A stretch of DNA of 64,000 bases, from the IMG/VR virus record IMGVR_UViG_3300028412_000004, positions 1 to 64,000 of that record; one strand, given 5' to 3'. The stretch comes from a virus. Each line of letters starts with the position of its first letter. Position 1 is the first letter of the stretch. This document shows positions 54,271 through 64,000 of the stretch, one piece after another. The translations under genes and the position numbers were made by a program. The notes under the pieces are model-generated. The model did not search any database. It was not told the DNA's origin and was given only the letters and a program-made list of their open reading frames with translations.

Positions 54271-56505
54271 ATGGATACTCTAACTCACGACTGGAAAAAG
54301 AAAGCAGCTGCAGCTTCTAGTGCAGCAGATTCCGAAGCGATCGAAAAAGCTTTCATGGATCAAGCCTACACCTTCGTAGCCAACAAGGCTGGAGATTTGA
54401 TGACAGACCCATACAGACTCGGGTTCGAGGTCGTCTACAAGAACGACGACAACACCCGGATGGTCGGTATATTTGCCTTCCGTATCGATGATGAACTGCT
54501 CTACGTTCCTTGCTTCTTCCTGTCGGGAGAGATCAAAGGCACTGACCTACTTTACCGCCATGACTCCAAGAAGTTCGTCCCGCTCAACCGGGATTGGGTT
54601 GCGTTCCTTTTAGAAAAGTCCGAGGCTTTCGAAGGGAAAGGTATCGACAAGGACCATCTACGTAAGATGCCTACGGATGTTAACCTGCGAGAGCTTGCAT
54701 CGCCGCCTTCCCGAGGCGGACGTGGTATTGGAAAATACGCCTCTGTTGAGGAAAAGCCTACCTTTAAGGATCTAGAGAAAATGGCCGGCGCGCACGTCGA
54801 AGCTTTCAAACCTGTGTTGAAGTCATTCCTGCAAGAGAATGGTATGGAGGCTTTCGACAAGCTTGCAGGTTGGATCGGGGAAAGTCCCCGCTTCACTAAA
54901 ACTCTACTCGAAAACGTAGCTGAGAGCGAGTTCCTACTCGACGATCTCGACTATCCTGTCAAAGAAGCTGCAGCAAAGTCAGGCAGCCTTCGCCTTATTA
55001 CCGGAGCTATCCCAGAGGAAGGGATCAAGTCGGCGTCCGAGGCTGAAGATTTCTTCAAGCGAGGCTTCGCCTTACTGGACGATCGCAGTAAAGATCTTTC
55101 CGTCATCACACAAGACGACACCGAGCAGTTCCAGGGTATCAGCGAAGCTGGTATCTACGACATCATCATGGGGGACGGATCTCTTGAGGAAGCCCTCGTC
55201 ACTAACGGCGAGTGTGTCGCCTTCCCGAGTCGGACGAGTCTATGCCCATCCAGTAACTACGAACCGGGATGCTATGCCAATGAGGTTAATGAAAGTGTTG
55301 TGGTTCTGCGTAAATCCAAGGAGTCTGGAGTACACTCTGAGGTGGTGGGTATTCAAAAGAAGGACATGCATACCACCCTCGCAGACGAGGACATGCTCAA
55401 AAAGACCATGTCCAGCGGAAAGACCTACCGTATTTTCGACACCAAGTCTGGTGCGCTTACAGACCCTATCTACTGTAAGGAATCCAAAACTAAGAATGGC
55501 ATCAAGTGCTACTCTGTATGCACTAGTTACGAGCAACCCTGGACTTTAAAGGTAAATCCTGATTATGATGGGTTCGACTTAGAGGCTTGTGTAATTGGCG
55601 GTAACAACCGGTTTGTGGAAATCGCCGCCAAAATCTCTGCTGTAGAACACTCACCGCAAGACGAAGTCAGGATCGATGTAAAGCCTACGCAGAACGTTGG
55701 TAATATGAAACACTTACTGTTCCGTATCTCGGAGGCGGGATATAAGAGAGCTTGCGTTGTTCGGACTTCGGAAGATTTCTACCGTATACACACCGGATCC
55801 AAATACCTCGCGGAAGAAGTAGGATTCAAATCTGCATGTGTTGGGCTGGCCAAAGGCTTAGCTATTCCAGGTGAGCAGGCTTTGGCTATTATGGACAAGG
55901 TCGCTGCCGATGGTAAGTTTGCATTCTTTATCCAACCTTGTGGGACTAAAGAAGCCTCTGTCATCCGTACTTTAAATGAACCCGCTTTCGAGAATACCTA
56001 CGATAATGACTTTGGTGTGGAGGTTGAGCCTGTGCAGCAATACACCGTTGATACTGAGGCAGACTTTGAGGACGTACCAGAGCAACGTGTGGGCGATGCT
56101 ATGGATCCAAGAGTGCCTGGCGGAATCCCTGGTAATGGAGACAGCGTCCCTATGGATGTCCTCCGATCGGCACCTCCGGAGGCTCTGGCGCAGTATGCAA
56201 AAATGCATAATCTTCCCAATGTGTTCGAGCACGGACTCGTAGGTTCACTTGTAAAGACCTACGACAGTGTCGCCATGATCGATAAATACGTACCTGAGAT
56301 TGAATCAGCTCTCGACAGTATCGGACGCATCCTATTCCTCTTCTGGTGGAAGCCGGGTGATTTCCAGGAAGCCTACGGCGTCGACGATATGACCAATCTT
56401 GAGCATGAGTTACTTTCCAACTTCAAGTCTGTTGGAGAACTCACACTGGACTTGATCAAACGCTCTAAGAAGCACACCAGGGGCACACCACCACTGCCCA
56501 GTTGA
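54271..56505 (+). CDS. large probable structural protein
   Basis: KKAA, KYAS, KEAA, KSAS, KEAS motifs. Confidence 0.65.
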   Translation: MDTLTHDWKKKAAAASSAADSEAIEKAFMDQAYTFVANKAGDLMTDPYRLGFEVVYKNDDNTRMVGIFAFRIDDELLYVPCFFLSGEIKGTDLLYRHDSKKFVPLNRDWVAFLLEKSEAFEGKGIDKDHLRKMPTDVNLRELASPPSRGGRGIGKYASVEEKPTFKDLEKMAGAHVEAFKPVLKSFLQENGMEAFDKLAGWIGESPRFTKTLLENVAESEFLLDDLDYPVKEAAAKSGSLRLITGAIPEEGIKSASEAEDFFKRGFALLDDRSKDLSVITQDDTEQFQGISEAGIYDIIMGDGSLEEALVTNGECVAFPSRTSLCPSSNYEPGCYANEVNESVVVLRKSKESGVHSEVVGIQKKDMHTTLADEDMLKKTMSSGKTYRIFDTKSGALTDPIYCKESKTKNGIKCYSVCTSYEQPWTLKVNPDYDGFDLEACVIGGNNRFVEIAAKISAVEHSPQDEVRIDVKPTQNVGNMKHLLFRISEAGYKRACVVRTSEDFYRIHTGSKYLAEEVGFKSACVGLAKGLAIPGEQALAIMDKVAADGKFAFFIQPCGTKEASVIRTLNEPAFENTYDNDFGVEVEPVQQYTVDTEADFEDVPEQRVGDAMDPRVPGGIPGNGDSVPMDVLRSAPPEALAQYAKMHNLPNVFEHGLVGSLVKTYDSVAMIDKYVPEIESALDSIGRILFLFWWKPGDFQEAYGVDDMTNLEHELLSNFKSVGELTLDLIKRSKKHTRGTPPLPS

Positions 56506-56508
56506 GTT

Positions 56509-57435
56509 ATGAATGCTACGCGTATTAAACAACTGGCTTGGTATCTGCCGGACGGAGACACAAATCCTCTCCGCAGAACCCAGTTCAAAGAAAATGAAAA
56601 CATCCCAGAGTGGTTGGAGGGTGACGTGTTGCATTTCACAGCCTGCTACTCCGATTTAAAGTTCGGATGGACACTCGTAAGATCCCTGGCTTCTCGCGGC
56701 GCTCCGATGCCTTGCATCGTAGACGGTGATGATACGGTCCTCTGGAGAGCGTACTACCACCTAAACGGTTTCCATGATAGCATTATAGCGTCTGCCATGC
56801 AGTTAACGACAACTGCTATGGAGCAGACCCGAATGTCTCTGGAAGCAGCCCTACTCACCTCGCAAGGTGTGGACGATAAAGAAAGCTGGCTGCAGGTAGT
56901 TTGCAAAGAGCATACACTTTCCAGGGACGTGGTGATTGCTTACGAGAAGCTTTTCTTCAACATACTCGATCGCCTCGGCGATGAGAAATTTATACGCCAG
57001 ACCGTATACCCGGGATCAAGGATGGTGGAGATGATGGAGAATTACATTCAAAACGAAGGTATTGGATCCATCATGCGCCGCACTGGTTATAACAACGGCC
57101 TCAGCGATCTGATGTATCTCATGGGCGACCGTCGCAACCCCTTGAACAACTCAGACAGCAGACAGTCTGCTGCTATGCTGGAAAAGACCATGATGGTTAA
57201 CGGACTTTACCTTGCCCGAAACGGCTGGTTGAACCAAATGCAAAACTCCGCAGGACTTATGCACTCAAGACAGCTCATGCAGGCGGCCAAAGCCGGCGGC
57301 GAGTCTGATCAACCTGTATCGCCCATCTCATCGCTTGGTGATATTCTTATAGGAGAGATCCAAACCATGCACGAGAAAGAGAGTGGAGAACGTGCAATAC
57401 TATCTCGAAATGTTATGCGGCCCGAGAATACTTAA
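56509..57435 (+). CDS. hypothetical protein
   Basis: 308-aa ORF. Confidence 0.7.
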   Translation: MNATRIKQLAWYLPDGDTNPLRRTQFKENENIPEWLEGDVLHFTACYSDLKFGWTLVRSLASRGAPMPCIVDGDDTVLWRAYYHLNGFHDSIIASAMQLTTTAMEQTRMSLEAALLTSQGVDDKESWLQVVCKEHTLSRDVVIAYEKLFFNILDRLGDEKFIRQTVYPGSRMVEMMENYIQNEGIGSIMRRTGYNNGLSDLMYLMGDRRNPLNNSDSRQSAAMLEKTMMVNGLYLARNGWLNQMQNSAGLMHSRQLMQAAKAGGESDQPVSPISSLGDILIGEIQTMHEKESGERAILSRNVMRPENT

Positions 57436-57486
57436 CTGCGGCAATACAAGCTTGATATAATATTACTTTCACACTTTAATGCCATT

Positions 57487-59010
57487 ATGAATCAGCAAGA
57501 AGCCATCGGTTATATACAGGATATTCTTCCCCAGATCTCTCACAGCTCAGAAGCTGAGGATGTTCTACTAAAGTTCGCACACGCTAAGAACTTAGCACCT
57601 GCGCAAGTAGAAAGGCTTGGACAAGTCTTCAACAACGCCAAAACGCTCACATTCCTCGAGAAATCGGCGAACAGAGGAGGATCGTTCCCGGTGATAGATA
57701 CAGAGAACCTCGTAGCACGCTATACTGACCTTCCAACTAAACGCAGCATTCAGCAACCAGGCCGTAGTGCTGAGGTGAGCGAGTGGTGTGGTGACGACCT
57801 TTCAAAGTCGGCTTCAGAATACGAGGAGCTTTCCTCTTTCCCCTCGCTGGAAGCGTTGCAAAGCTCCGAGCCTCGCTTCGTTGGAGAGCCTGATGCGTGC
57901 ACAAGTAAAGAAGCGTCCGAATTGGAGGAGCGTATACAATTCTTCCGCAAGCATGCGGCTCATGCTTGTATGCGTATCGACGAAGAATTCCTCGACATGT
58001 TTGAAGACGAGCAAAGAGATATCATCCGGGATAAGGTTGCTTCCATAGTAGACTCTGGGCGTTCTTCGACTCTTGACTTTAAGTCTGCCATCAAAGCAGC
58101 TGCCTACTTACTGGGACCAGAAACCTACGGGGAAGTCCAAGGTATTTTGAAAAGCGCTTCCAACGGCCGGTTAAATGCTGTTGATATGGACTTCAAGCAA
58201 CTTGACGAGGAATACGCGTTCAACCCAGAAGCCCGGCAAACGGAGGAAGTGGTTGATCTGCACGACAAACTGGCATCCATTCTTCATTCTTACGATCTGC
58301 TAAGAATCGCCCGTGAAGAACGTGAAAGTATCATAGGAGAAAAAAGCGCCGCCGTCGCCACTGGTTACGGCGATACTGCGCAGCAAAGTAAAGCTAAGAT
58401 GCATTACAACCAGTCTACACACAGTCCTCAAAGCTCCAGTAAGACGACTAAAAGTAACCCAAAAGGTAAACCACGTGGCACCCCGTCCAGCCGCGGTAAT
58501 GGTGGCAATGGTGGTGGTGGCAATGGTGGTGGTGGCAATGGTGGTGATGACAAGGACAAGAAGGACAAGAAGGATAACAAAAAAAACACCGCAGACGAAA
58601 TCCTTGAATCTCTAGTCGGTGTCATGAACCCCTCGAATGTAAACAGTAAAGTTAAAGAACTCATCAACGATTTTAAATCGCCGAACAAGAGTCAGTATGC
58701 CGTAGACACCGCGTTATCAGACTCTGCAGCCCACGTGGCTCTGACCAAAGCTCTACGAGATCCGATTGTATCGGAGGCGGATCCAGAAACAGTCGTTTCG
58801 TTGTTTAACTCTATGCGTGCTGCTAACCCTGCGTTCGTGGAGGACCCAAACAATCTTGTTATGGCACTGCGTGAAGCGGTGCAGTATGACTCCATCCCGA
58901 TTCACACACTTAAGGAGTTGCTGGACATGAGCCTGTCACAGGCTAAGATTAAAGATCTTAACGACAAGGCATATCAATCTAACTACGGAAACGTTCCACG
59001 TAAGGCATGA
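57487..59010 (+). CDS. probable structural protein
   Basis: KSAN, KSAS, KEAS, KHAA, KSAA motifs; GGN/KKD linker. Confidence 0.65.
   Translation: MNQQEAIGYIQDILPQISHSSEAEDVLLKFAHAKNLAPAQVERLGQVFNNAKTLTFLEKSANRGGSFPVIDTENLVARYTDLPTKRSIQQPGRSAEVSEWCGDDLSKSASEYEELSSFPSLEALQSSEPRFVGEPDACTSKEASELEERIQFFRKHAAHACMRIDEEFLDMFEDEQRDIIRDKVASIVDSGRSSTLDFKSAIKAAAYLLGPETYGEVQGILKSASNGRLNAVDMDFKQLDEEYAFNPEARQTEEVVDLHDKLASILHSYDLLRIAREERESIIGEKSAAVATGYGDTAQQSKAKMHYNQSTHSPQSSSKTTKSNPKGKPRGTPSSRGNGGNGGGGNGGGGNGGDDKDKKDKKDNKKNTADEILESLVGVMNPSNVNSKVKELINDFKSPNKSQYAVDTALSDSAAHVALTKALRDPIVSEADPETVVSLFNSMRAANPAFVEDPNNLVMALREAVQYDSIPIHTLKELLDMSLSQAKIKDLNDKAYQSNYGNVPRKA
58495..58545 (+). repeat. GGT/GGCAAT repeats (Gly-Asn linker)
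   Basis: Seen directly. Confidence 0.85.
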
Positions 59011-59396
59011 AGTTGAGTAAGACTATACGTTTTTACAACAACGCCTACCACGTGATCTTAAAGATTCAGTGGTCTGGCGATAGCCTGAGCGAAAAAGAAA
59101 AAGAGGTGTTTGAAGCCGGCGCAGAGGTAGAACTGGACGTAGGTGGGTGTTTTGAATCAGAAAGGCCTGATGTTGATTTCTGTATACCTGCAGACATACG
59201 CAAGTTCCCTTTCAAAGCAGAGATACGTCAAGTATTTGGAGGCTCGGATGATTGCTCCCTTGAAAGAGCCAACCTTAAGGCTATAGTTTACTTCACACAA
59301 CTGAGAGATCGGATAGTTAACGCACGTGACAGACTGATCGCAGAACACTCCAGACAAACTCAAAATTCAAAAGAAGCCTATTATGACAAATACTGA
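59007..59396 (+). CDS. hypothetical protein
   Basis: ATGA-coupled ORF. Confidence 0.65.
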   Translation: MKLSKTIRFYNNAYHVILKIQWSGDSLSEKEKEVFEAGAEVELDVGGCFESERPDVDFCIPADIRKFPFKAEIRQVFGGSDDCSLERANLKAIVYFTQLRDRIVNARDRLIAEHSRQTQNSKEAYYDKY

Positions 59397-60300
59397 GATG
59401 CAGAAGGAAGCCTTTGCTGATAGGATCAGCGATCTTACAGACACCGCAAAAGATAAGCTGGGGGAAGTCGGGACACGTATGGGGGACTTGGATCCTAAAA
59501 TACTAACAGCCCTTCTTGCAAGCGGCGCTGGTGCAGGCCTTCTAGGTGGCTACCTAACTTCACGTGGACGTGAGCGTCGTGGTGAATCTTCAGGAGCCCG
59601 GCGTCGGCGCATTCTACGCAACGCGCTGCTGACGGCTGGCGCTGGCGCTGGCGCTGCTGGGTTGGGTATGTATGGCCTTAACCAGTTAAATACTGCACTC
59701 CCTGAAGGCGATGAGGATCCTGCAAGTAAGTTCTTCACCTCTAACCTTATGCGCGGCGGTTACGGTTACACCGGTTACCAGCTCGGTGACATGATGTCTG
59801 GTATGGGAGCGCAGGGTTCGCGCGCAAAAACTATTTTAGGTAATGGAGGATTTGCTGGATATGAATCACGCATGTCCAACTCCGCAGCGCGTAACCAACT
59901 ACGCTCACTTGCTGGAACTACCAACAAAACCGACCTGGCAAGGCTTACGCGGGCCGGAGACAAGGCGCTAATGCGTGCAGGCTTGGATCCTACTAAGGTG
60001 CAAATGAAAGGATTAACTCCAGAAGAAGCATTCCCTTGGCTCTTAGGCAAGACTAAGGATGTGCGCGGTCGTATTGGAGCTTCTCCCCTAGGACAAACAA
60101 TTTCTAACACCGCAAAAAAAATCCCTGGGGTGAGTAAGGTGCCTAAAACGCTCGGCGGTCTTAGAGGTGTCGCCAACGCGGCCGGTGGTAGAAAGGCAGG
60201 ACTTGGAGTAGCTCTAGCAGGTTTGTTACTACCGGAAGTCCTCGGCACTGCTAAATCCTTGGGAGGTTTAGCAACGTCTAACCCTTTTAAAGGAGAGTAA
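59383..60300 (+). CDS. Gly/Ala-rich probable virion protein
   Basis: Starts MTNTEMQKEAF; ALLASGAGAGLLGG helices resembling 53075. Confidence 0.65.
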   Translation: MTNTEMQKEAFADRISDLTDTAKDKLGEVGTRMGDLDPKILTALLASGAGAGLLGGYLTSRGRERRGESSGARRRRILRNALLTAGAGAGAAGLGMYGLNQLNTALPEGDEDPASKFFTSNLMRGGYGYTGYQLGDMMSGMGAQGSRAKTILGNGGFAGYESRMSNSAARNQLRSLAGTTNKTDLARLTRAGDKALMRAGLDPTKVQMKGLTPEEAFPWLLGKTKDVRGRIGASPLGQTISNTAKKIPGVSKVPKTLGGLRGVANAAGGRKAGLGVALAGLLLPEVLGTAKSLGGLATSNPFKGE

Positions 60301-60306
60301 AGCATT

Positions 60307-61815
60307 ATGATTAAAGTACACTATCAGGATGATCAGGACGAGCTGCGCCAAGCTTGTGGCGGCGTCATGACGTCCCTAATCGAAACAGACACCGGTATAA
60401 AGTCCGCAGCCTCAGATCTAATCGACGCAGGCACCCTGGAACGCTATCGCCCGGACAAGGACCACTTCATGATACACTGTATCGCTATGGGTGATCAAGA
60501 AACTTACGGGCCTAATAAAAATGGCGATGGGTGGCCTAAGGAAGCTCTCGAGCGGAGACATCAAACTTTCGTCGAGTGTGGTCACATGTTTGAGGAACAC
60601 CGCAACCGGGATCCTAAGAAGAAGATAGGCGATATCAAATACGCGGCCTACGACCCCAACGGCATGCGCCGTGTCGAACTTATTATGCATGGGCATAAGA
60701 AGAAAGCTTCTGAGTATTACGAGAAGGCTCGCAGCGGGGAAGAGTTATCTTTTTCTATGTCTGCGCGAGTTCCAGAGGACATTTGCTCATGCTGTGATAA
60801 TCACGCCAAATCTCCGGCGAGTTACTGCGATCACTTAAAGTATGCCATGCTGCAATACAAGCCGGAGTTCAAGAAGTATGCTTTCGCTATAAACCCAGAC
60901 CCGACTTTCTTCGACAACTCTGTAGTTGGACGTCCTGCGGATCGTATCGCTCGCTACCTGGAATACAAATTTAACGATGTTGATATGCGCAAAGCGGCCT
61001 CTGACGGAGGTCAGGTTATCACTGGTACAGACTGGGCGGAGTTCGAAGGCGTGGCAATTCCAGACGGTTATGCTATTGGAGGTCCTAAGGGAGATCTACT
61101 GCGTAAGATGGCCGCCCTGGAAGCAGAGGTCGCACAACTCTCACAAGAGGATACGAAGCACAACCATAAGGCTGCTTTCGCATTCAACTGCGCACCTCTT
61201 GCCATGGCTGAAAACGTTACAGCCAAGGAGCTGGATGCTATGAAGGATGTTCGTCCAGGCACGCTATTCAGAGAAATGGCTAAGGCCGGCTGTGTGCTTC
61301 CGTTTCCTGCATTCGCCGCGTACTTATCCAACAGTGATGCTAAATCAGCCTCAGAAGATGCTGTCACTAAAAGAGCCGCGCAACTTATGCCCGGTATCTT
61401 TTCTAAGTTGTCGGAGTGCGGATGCTCCGGGGATATGATGAACATGTTTGATGCTGACTCTGAATTCAGTTCCAGTTGCGACCCTGCACGCAGTGATCTT
61501 ATAAATGAAATGATGTCTAAAGCAGACGAGCGTTTCGCAGTAGATCCGGAAGGGGTTAAGAACCGCGTGACAGTCATTATAATTAAACAAGGTAGCAACC
61601 TTAACATCGACCAGTATCGTGCAGACTGTGTTGCTGCTGGTAAGGAACTTGTTAAGAACGCTTCTTTCGATGCGCGGGCTTCTGTGCTTGCAGAAGCCTA
61701 CGCGCAGTATCAACTTTCAGCAATTACAGATATCGAAAATATAAAAGGCGCGTCTATAGATGAAGCTCAAAGGCTAGTATTTATCGGACATAACGCTCAC
61801 TGTATTTTCGGTTGA
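60307..61815 (+). CDS. putative capsid maturation protease with Cys-rich Zn module
   Basis: Candidate His (HMFEEHRN) and Ser (FSMSARV) followed by CSCC...YCDH; position upstream of scaffold-like genes. Confidence 0.55.
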   Translation: MIKVHYQDDQDELRQACGGVMTSLIETDTGIKSAASDLIDAGTLERYRPDKDHFMIHCIAMGDQETYGPNKNGDGWPKEALERRHQTFVECGHMFEEHRNRDPKKKIGDIKYAAYDPNGMRRVELIMHGHKKKASEYYEKARSGEELSFSMSARVPEDICSCCDNHAKSPASYCDHLKYAMLQYKPEFKKYAFAINPDPTFFDNSVVGRPADRIARYLEYKFNDVDMRKAASDGGQVITGTDWAEFEGVAIPDGYAIGGPKGDLLRKMAALEAEVAQLSQEDTKHNHKAAFAFNCAPLAMAENVTAKELDAMKDVRPGTLFREMAKAGCVLPFPAFAAYLSNSDAKSASEDAVTKRAAQLMPGIFSKLSECGCSGDMMNMFDADSEFSSSCDPARSDLINEMMSKADERFAVDPEGVKNRVTVIIIKQGSNLNIDQYRADCVAAGKELVKNASFDARASVLAEAYAQYQLSAITDIENIKGASIDEAQRLVFIGHNAHCIFG

Positions 61816-61862
61816 CAGTTTTTATAATCACCAGCAAAGTTAATCCACAACCAATAAACACC

Positions 61863-62984
61863 ATGCCAAGAAAATACGAAGACATCACAAAGAGAGTAGC
61901 CGACATTCAGACTAAACGAGCTTCGGCTGCTAAGTCTGCTTCGGAGACTCCTGACGCAACCGACCCTACTGAAAAAGGAACGGTTACTCCTCCTAACCAC
62001 CCTGATGGTGACAGCGCTGCGAAGAAGAATCTTCCAGAAGGCACTGCCAACACTAAGGGCGATACCGCGCTTCCCGCAGGCACGACCACCAACCCATCTG
62101 GACACGGTGAGAATGTGCCGGGAGATGTTTGCAGTGGGGATGCTAAGGACGTGCAGGCTACTAAGCCCAACGACCCAATTTCAAAAATCGCCGGTATTCT
62201 AGGACGCATTAATAAGCTCCGTGATACTGATGCCGATGCTAAGCAAGCTGGCGCACCTGCTTCCAAGACAGAACGTGAGTCTGAGGGTTCGCAACTCTCT
62301 TACGAGGTTCGCGTCAAGCTCGCCAATGAGATCTGCGCTTCTGAGGATGGCATGCTATTAGCAGAGCAAATTCTTAAACAAGCGTCCGGACGGGATGCCG
62401 CTCTTGAACTGATTAAGTCAGCGCACGAAGAATACGGTGCGCATCTGCAGCACATCCACCAAGAGGACGAGCAACAAAAGCAGGCGTCGCAAGAAATGGA
62501 AGCCTTGAATGGTTACTACGACGAGCTGACCAAGAATGCTTCTGAGGAGGATATGCAGAAGATCGCCAAGTTTCAGAAAGTTCACTCTGCTGTAATTGAC
62601 TCGCTCGAATACGACTTCGAGAAACAAGCTTACTTCAAATCCGCCATGGATGCCGCAGCCATGGAAGACGCTATGGTCGCAGGTGCTGCTCCTGAAGAAG
62701 CAATGATTCCTGAAGGTGGCGAAGAGCCCCTTTCTCCGGAAGCCATCATTGAACTTCTGGAAGCGCTTGTAGCATCTGGGCAGATGGATGAGGCGACTGC
62801 AGCCGCAGTAGCAGCTGAGATTCTCGGAGGTGGTGAAATGCTGCCTCCTGAAGCAGGTATGGAAGCAATGCCTCCTGAAGCAGGTATGGAAGCAATGCCT
62901 CCTGAAGCAGGTATGGAAGCAATGCCTGAGGAAGTTAAGGCTGCCAACGTAATCCTCGCAGAGCTAGAAGCGGAGAGTAAGTAA
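61863..62984 (+). CDS. scaffold-like acidic protein
   Basis: KRAS, KSAS, KQAS, KNAS motifs; low complexity. Confidence 0.55.
   Translation: MPRKYEDITKRVADIQTKRASAAKSASETPDATDPTEKGTVTPPNHPDGDSAAKKNLPEGTANTKGDTALPAGTTTNPSGHGENVPGDVCSGDAKDVQATKPNDPISKIAGILGRINKLRDTDADAKQAGAPASKTERESEGSQLSYEVRVKLANEICASEDGMLLAEQILKQASGRDAALELIKSAHEEYGAHLQHIHQEDEQQKQASQEMEALNGYYDELTKNASEEDMQKIAKFQKVHSAVIDSLEYDFEKQAYFKSAMDAAAMEDAMVAGAAPEEAMIPEGGEEPLSPEAIIELLEALVASGQMDEATAAAVAAEILGGGEMLPPEAGMEAMPPEAGMEAMPPEAGMEAMPEEVKAANVILAELEAESK
62844..62924 (+). repeat. 27-nt tandem repeat x3 (PPEAGMEAM)
   Basis: CCTCCTGAAGCAGGTATGGAAGCAATG x3. Confidence 0.95.
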
Positions 62985-63019
62985 GCTCCGCTGCATCATC
63001 CCCGCACCGATTTATAATC

Positions 63020-63475
63020 ATGGCCAAAAAAGATACATACAAGAAAGCTGAAGTAGATCCTATTTTACAGGAAACTATGGAAGCGACGCAAGTACTCCTG
63101 GAGGACAACCAAAAGCAAGCGCAAGAGATTGAAGCCCACAAGGCTAGAATCTTAGAGCTTGAAAAGGCTTCCAATGTCTCGGAGGAAAGTAAGATCAACT
63201 TGGAAAAGGTAGCAGGCACAGACGGTCCAAAACTGGACATGAGCCTGGTCAACAACCTTGTGGATCAATTGGCCGACCTGGGCTTCGTTGAGACGAGCAA
63301 AAGTGCTCGCGAGGAGCTTATAAATCACATCAAGGAAGACCCTTCAACTCACGCGCTGAAGCTCGCTTCACGCGTTATAAAACTTTCTTCTCCAGCCCCG
63401 GACTCGGGGTTTGGCGTTGAGAAATCGGCATCGGCGCCCGAAACGGAAAATTCAGACTGGCAAGAATGGATCTAA
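63020..63475 (+). CDS. coiled-coil head-module protein
   Basis: KVAG, KSAR, KSAS motifs. Confidence 0.6.
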   Translation: MAKKDTYKKAEVDPILQETMEATQVLLEDNQKQAQEIEAHKARILELEKASNVSEESKINLEKVAGTDGPKLDMSLVNNLVDQLADLGFVETSKSAREELINHIKEDPSTHALKLASRVIKLSSPAPDSGFGVEKSASAPETENSDWQEWI

Positions 63476-63522
63476 GTTACGCAACCGGTGATTTACACTA
63501 ACAAAACAACACAGGACTAGTT

Positions 63523-64000
63523 ATGCCAACATACGGTACAATACAGAGGGTAAACCCCTCGAAACCACGGCTGGAAGTTCTCAGAGGGTTTAATCCCAAT
63601 GAGCCTTTTCAGCAGTCGGCTACGCACCCTGTCCAAGATGATGTTAACATCGCGAGCGGACAACTCATCGTGTTAGTCGGGGAAGAACTTTCCCCTACTG
63701 GATACGAATGGATTGTTTGCCCGACTGATTACTCTGGAGGCGCGGTATACGTGGCTCAAAAGGATTCAGAAGATGAAGACATTTTATCTGCTGGCAATAT
63801 GTCCGGGCTCTCATGCGCCGGCCAATACGAATTAGAAATGGCTTTCTTTGATGGAGCTGCAACTGACTACACAGAAAGCGTCTACCTGACGCCTTCCGAC
63901 ACAGTTGCAGGTAACGTTATGCCTATAGCAGCAGCAGCAACCACCAATTTCCCGGCGGCTGCAGAAACTGTAATCGGTCAGATCACCCGCAAGGCTGGCA
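63523..64000 (+). CDS. probable head decoration/structural protein (truncated by window end)
   Basis: MPTYGTIQRV..., open to 64000; identity inferred from position only. Confidence 0.5.
   Translation, partial: MPTYGTIQRVNPSKPRLEVLRGFNPNEPFQQSATHPVQDDVNIASGQLIVLVGEELSPTGYEWIVCPTDYSGGAVYVAQKDSEDEDILSAGNMSGLSCAGQYELEMAFFDGAATDYTESVYLTPSDTVAGNVMPIAAAATTNFPAAAETVIGQITRKAG

Noticed and set aside
1-64000. The many minus-strand ORFs and nested plus-strand ORFs in the supplied track
   Set aside because: They overlap a continuous, start/stop-coupled + strand gene chain and show no motifs; treated as shadows (exception: frames within the 8449 methylase).
1-64000. CRISPR array
   Set aside because: No constant repeat with unique spacers; the tandem repeats are in-frame coding repeats and the attC-like sites are divergent palindromes.
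1-64000. Eukaryotic giant virus interpretation
   Set aside because: The RNAP pieces align with bacterial beta/beta-prime, and IS607 with a sigma70-like promoter, lipoboxes, intrinsic terminators, overlapped operons and attC-like sites point to a bacteriophage.
1-64000. Stop-codon reassignment
   Set aside because: Conserved genes (ligase, helicase, RNAP) are intact in the standard code and all three stops are used.

Overview
A 64-kb segment of a large tailed bacteriophage genome, with essentially all real genes on the + strand. It has three zones. (1) From 1 to 22 kb lies a dense run of small accessory genes. It includes an integron-like cassette array of about 11 attC-like sites (3.4-9.8 kb) with no integrase in the window, an IS607/TnpB element, an overlapping-frame C5 DNA methyltransferase, a Pif1 helicase, an AP2 protein, a dimeric dUTPase, a DUF932 protein and two tRNAs (anticodons CAT and TCT). 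(2) From 22 to 34 kb are DNA/RNA metabolism and host-like genes: DEDDh exonuclease, peptide deformylase, histone-H1-like proteins, an RRM protein, NAD-dependent ligase, a decayed methylase and a Gp88-like protein. (3) From 34 to 64 kb is a probable virion/late module. It contains a multi-subunit RNA polymerase in three pieces (a beta-C/beta-prime-N fusion, a NADFDGD piece and a beta-prime-C piece, two of them with inteins), lipoproteins, a papain-like protease, an LRR fibre-like protein, a sulfotransferase, and many proteins carrying a recurring K-x-A-(S/A) motif next to a putative head maturation protease. The strongest unexplained signal is the cassette array. The core sequence at the 5' end of each cassette is complementary to the core of its own downstream attC, as expected from IntI-type integration. 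Many cassette ORFs take their start codon from inside the upstream attC. All calls come from reading motifs by eye; no database searches were run.
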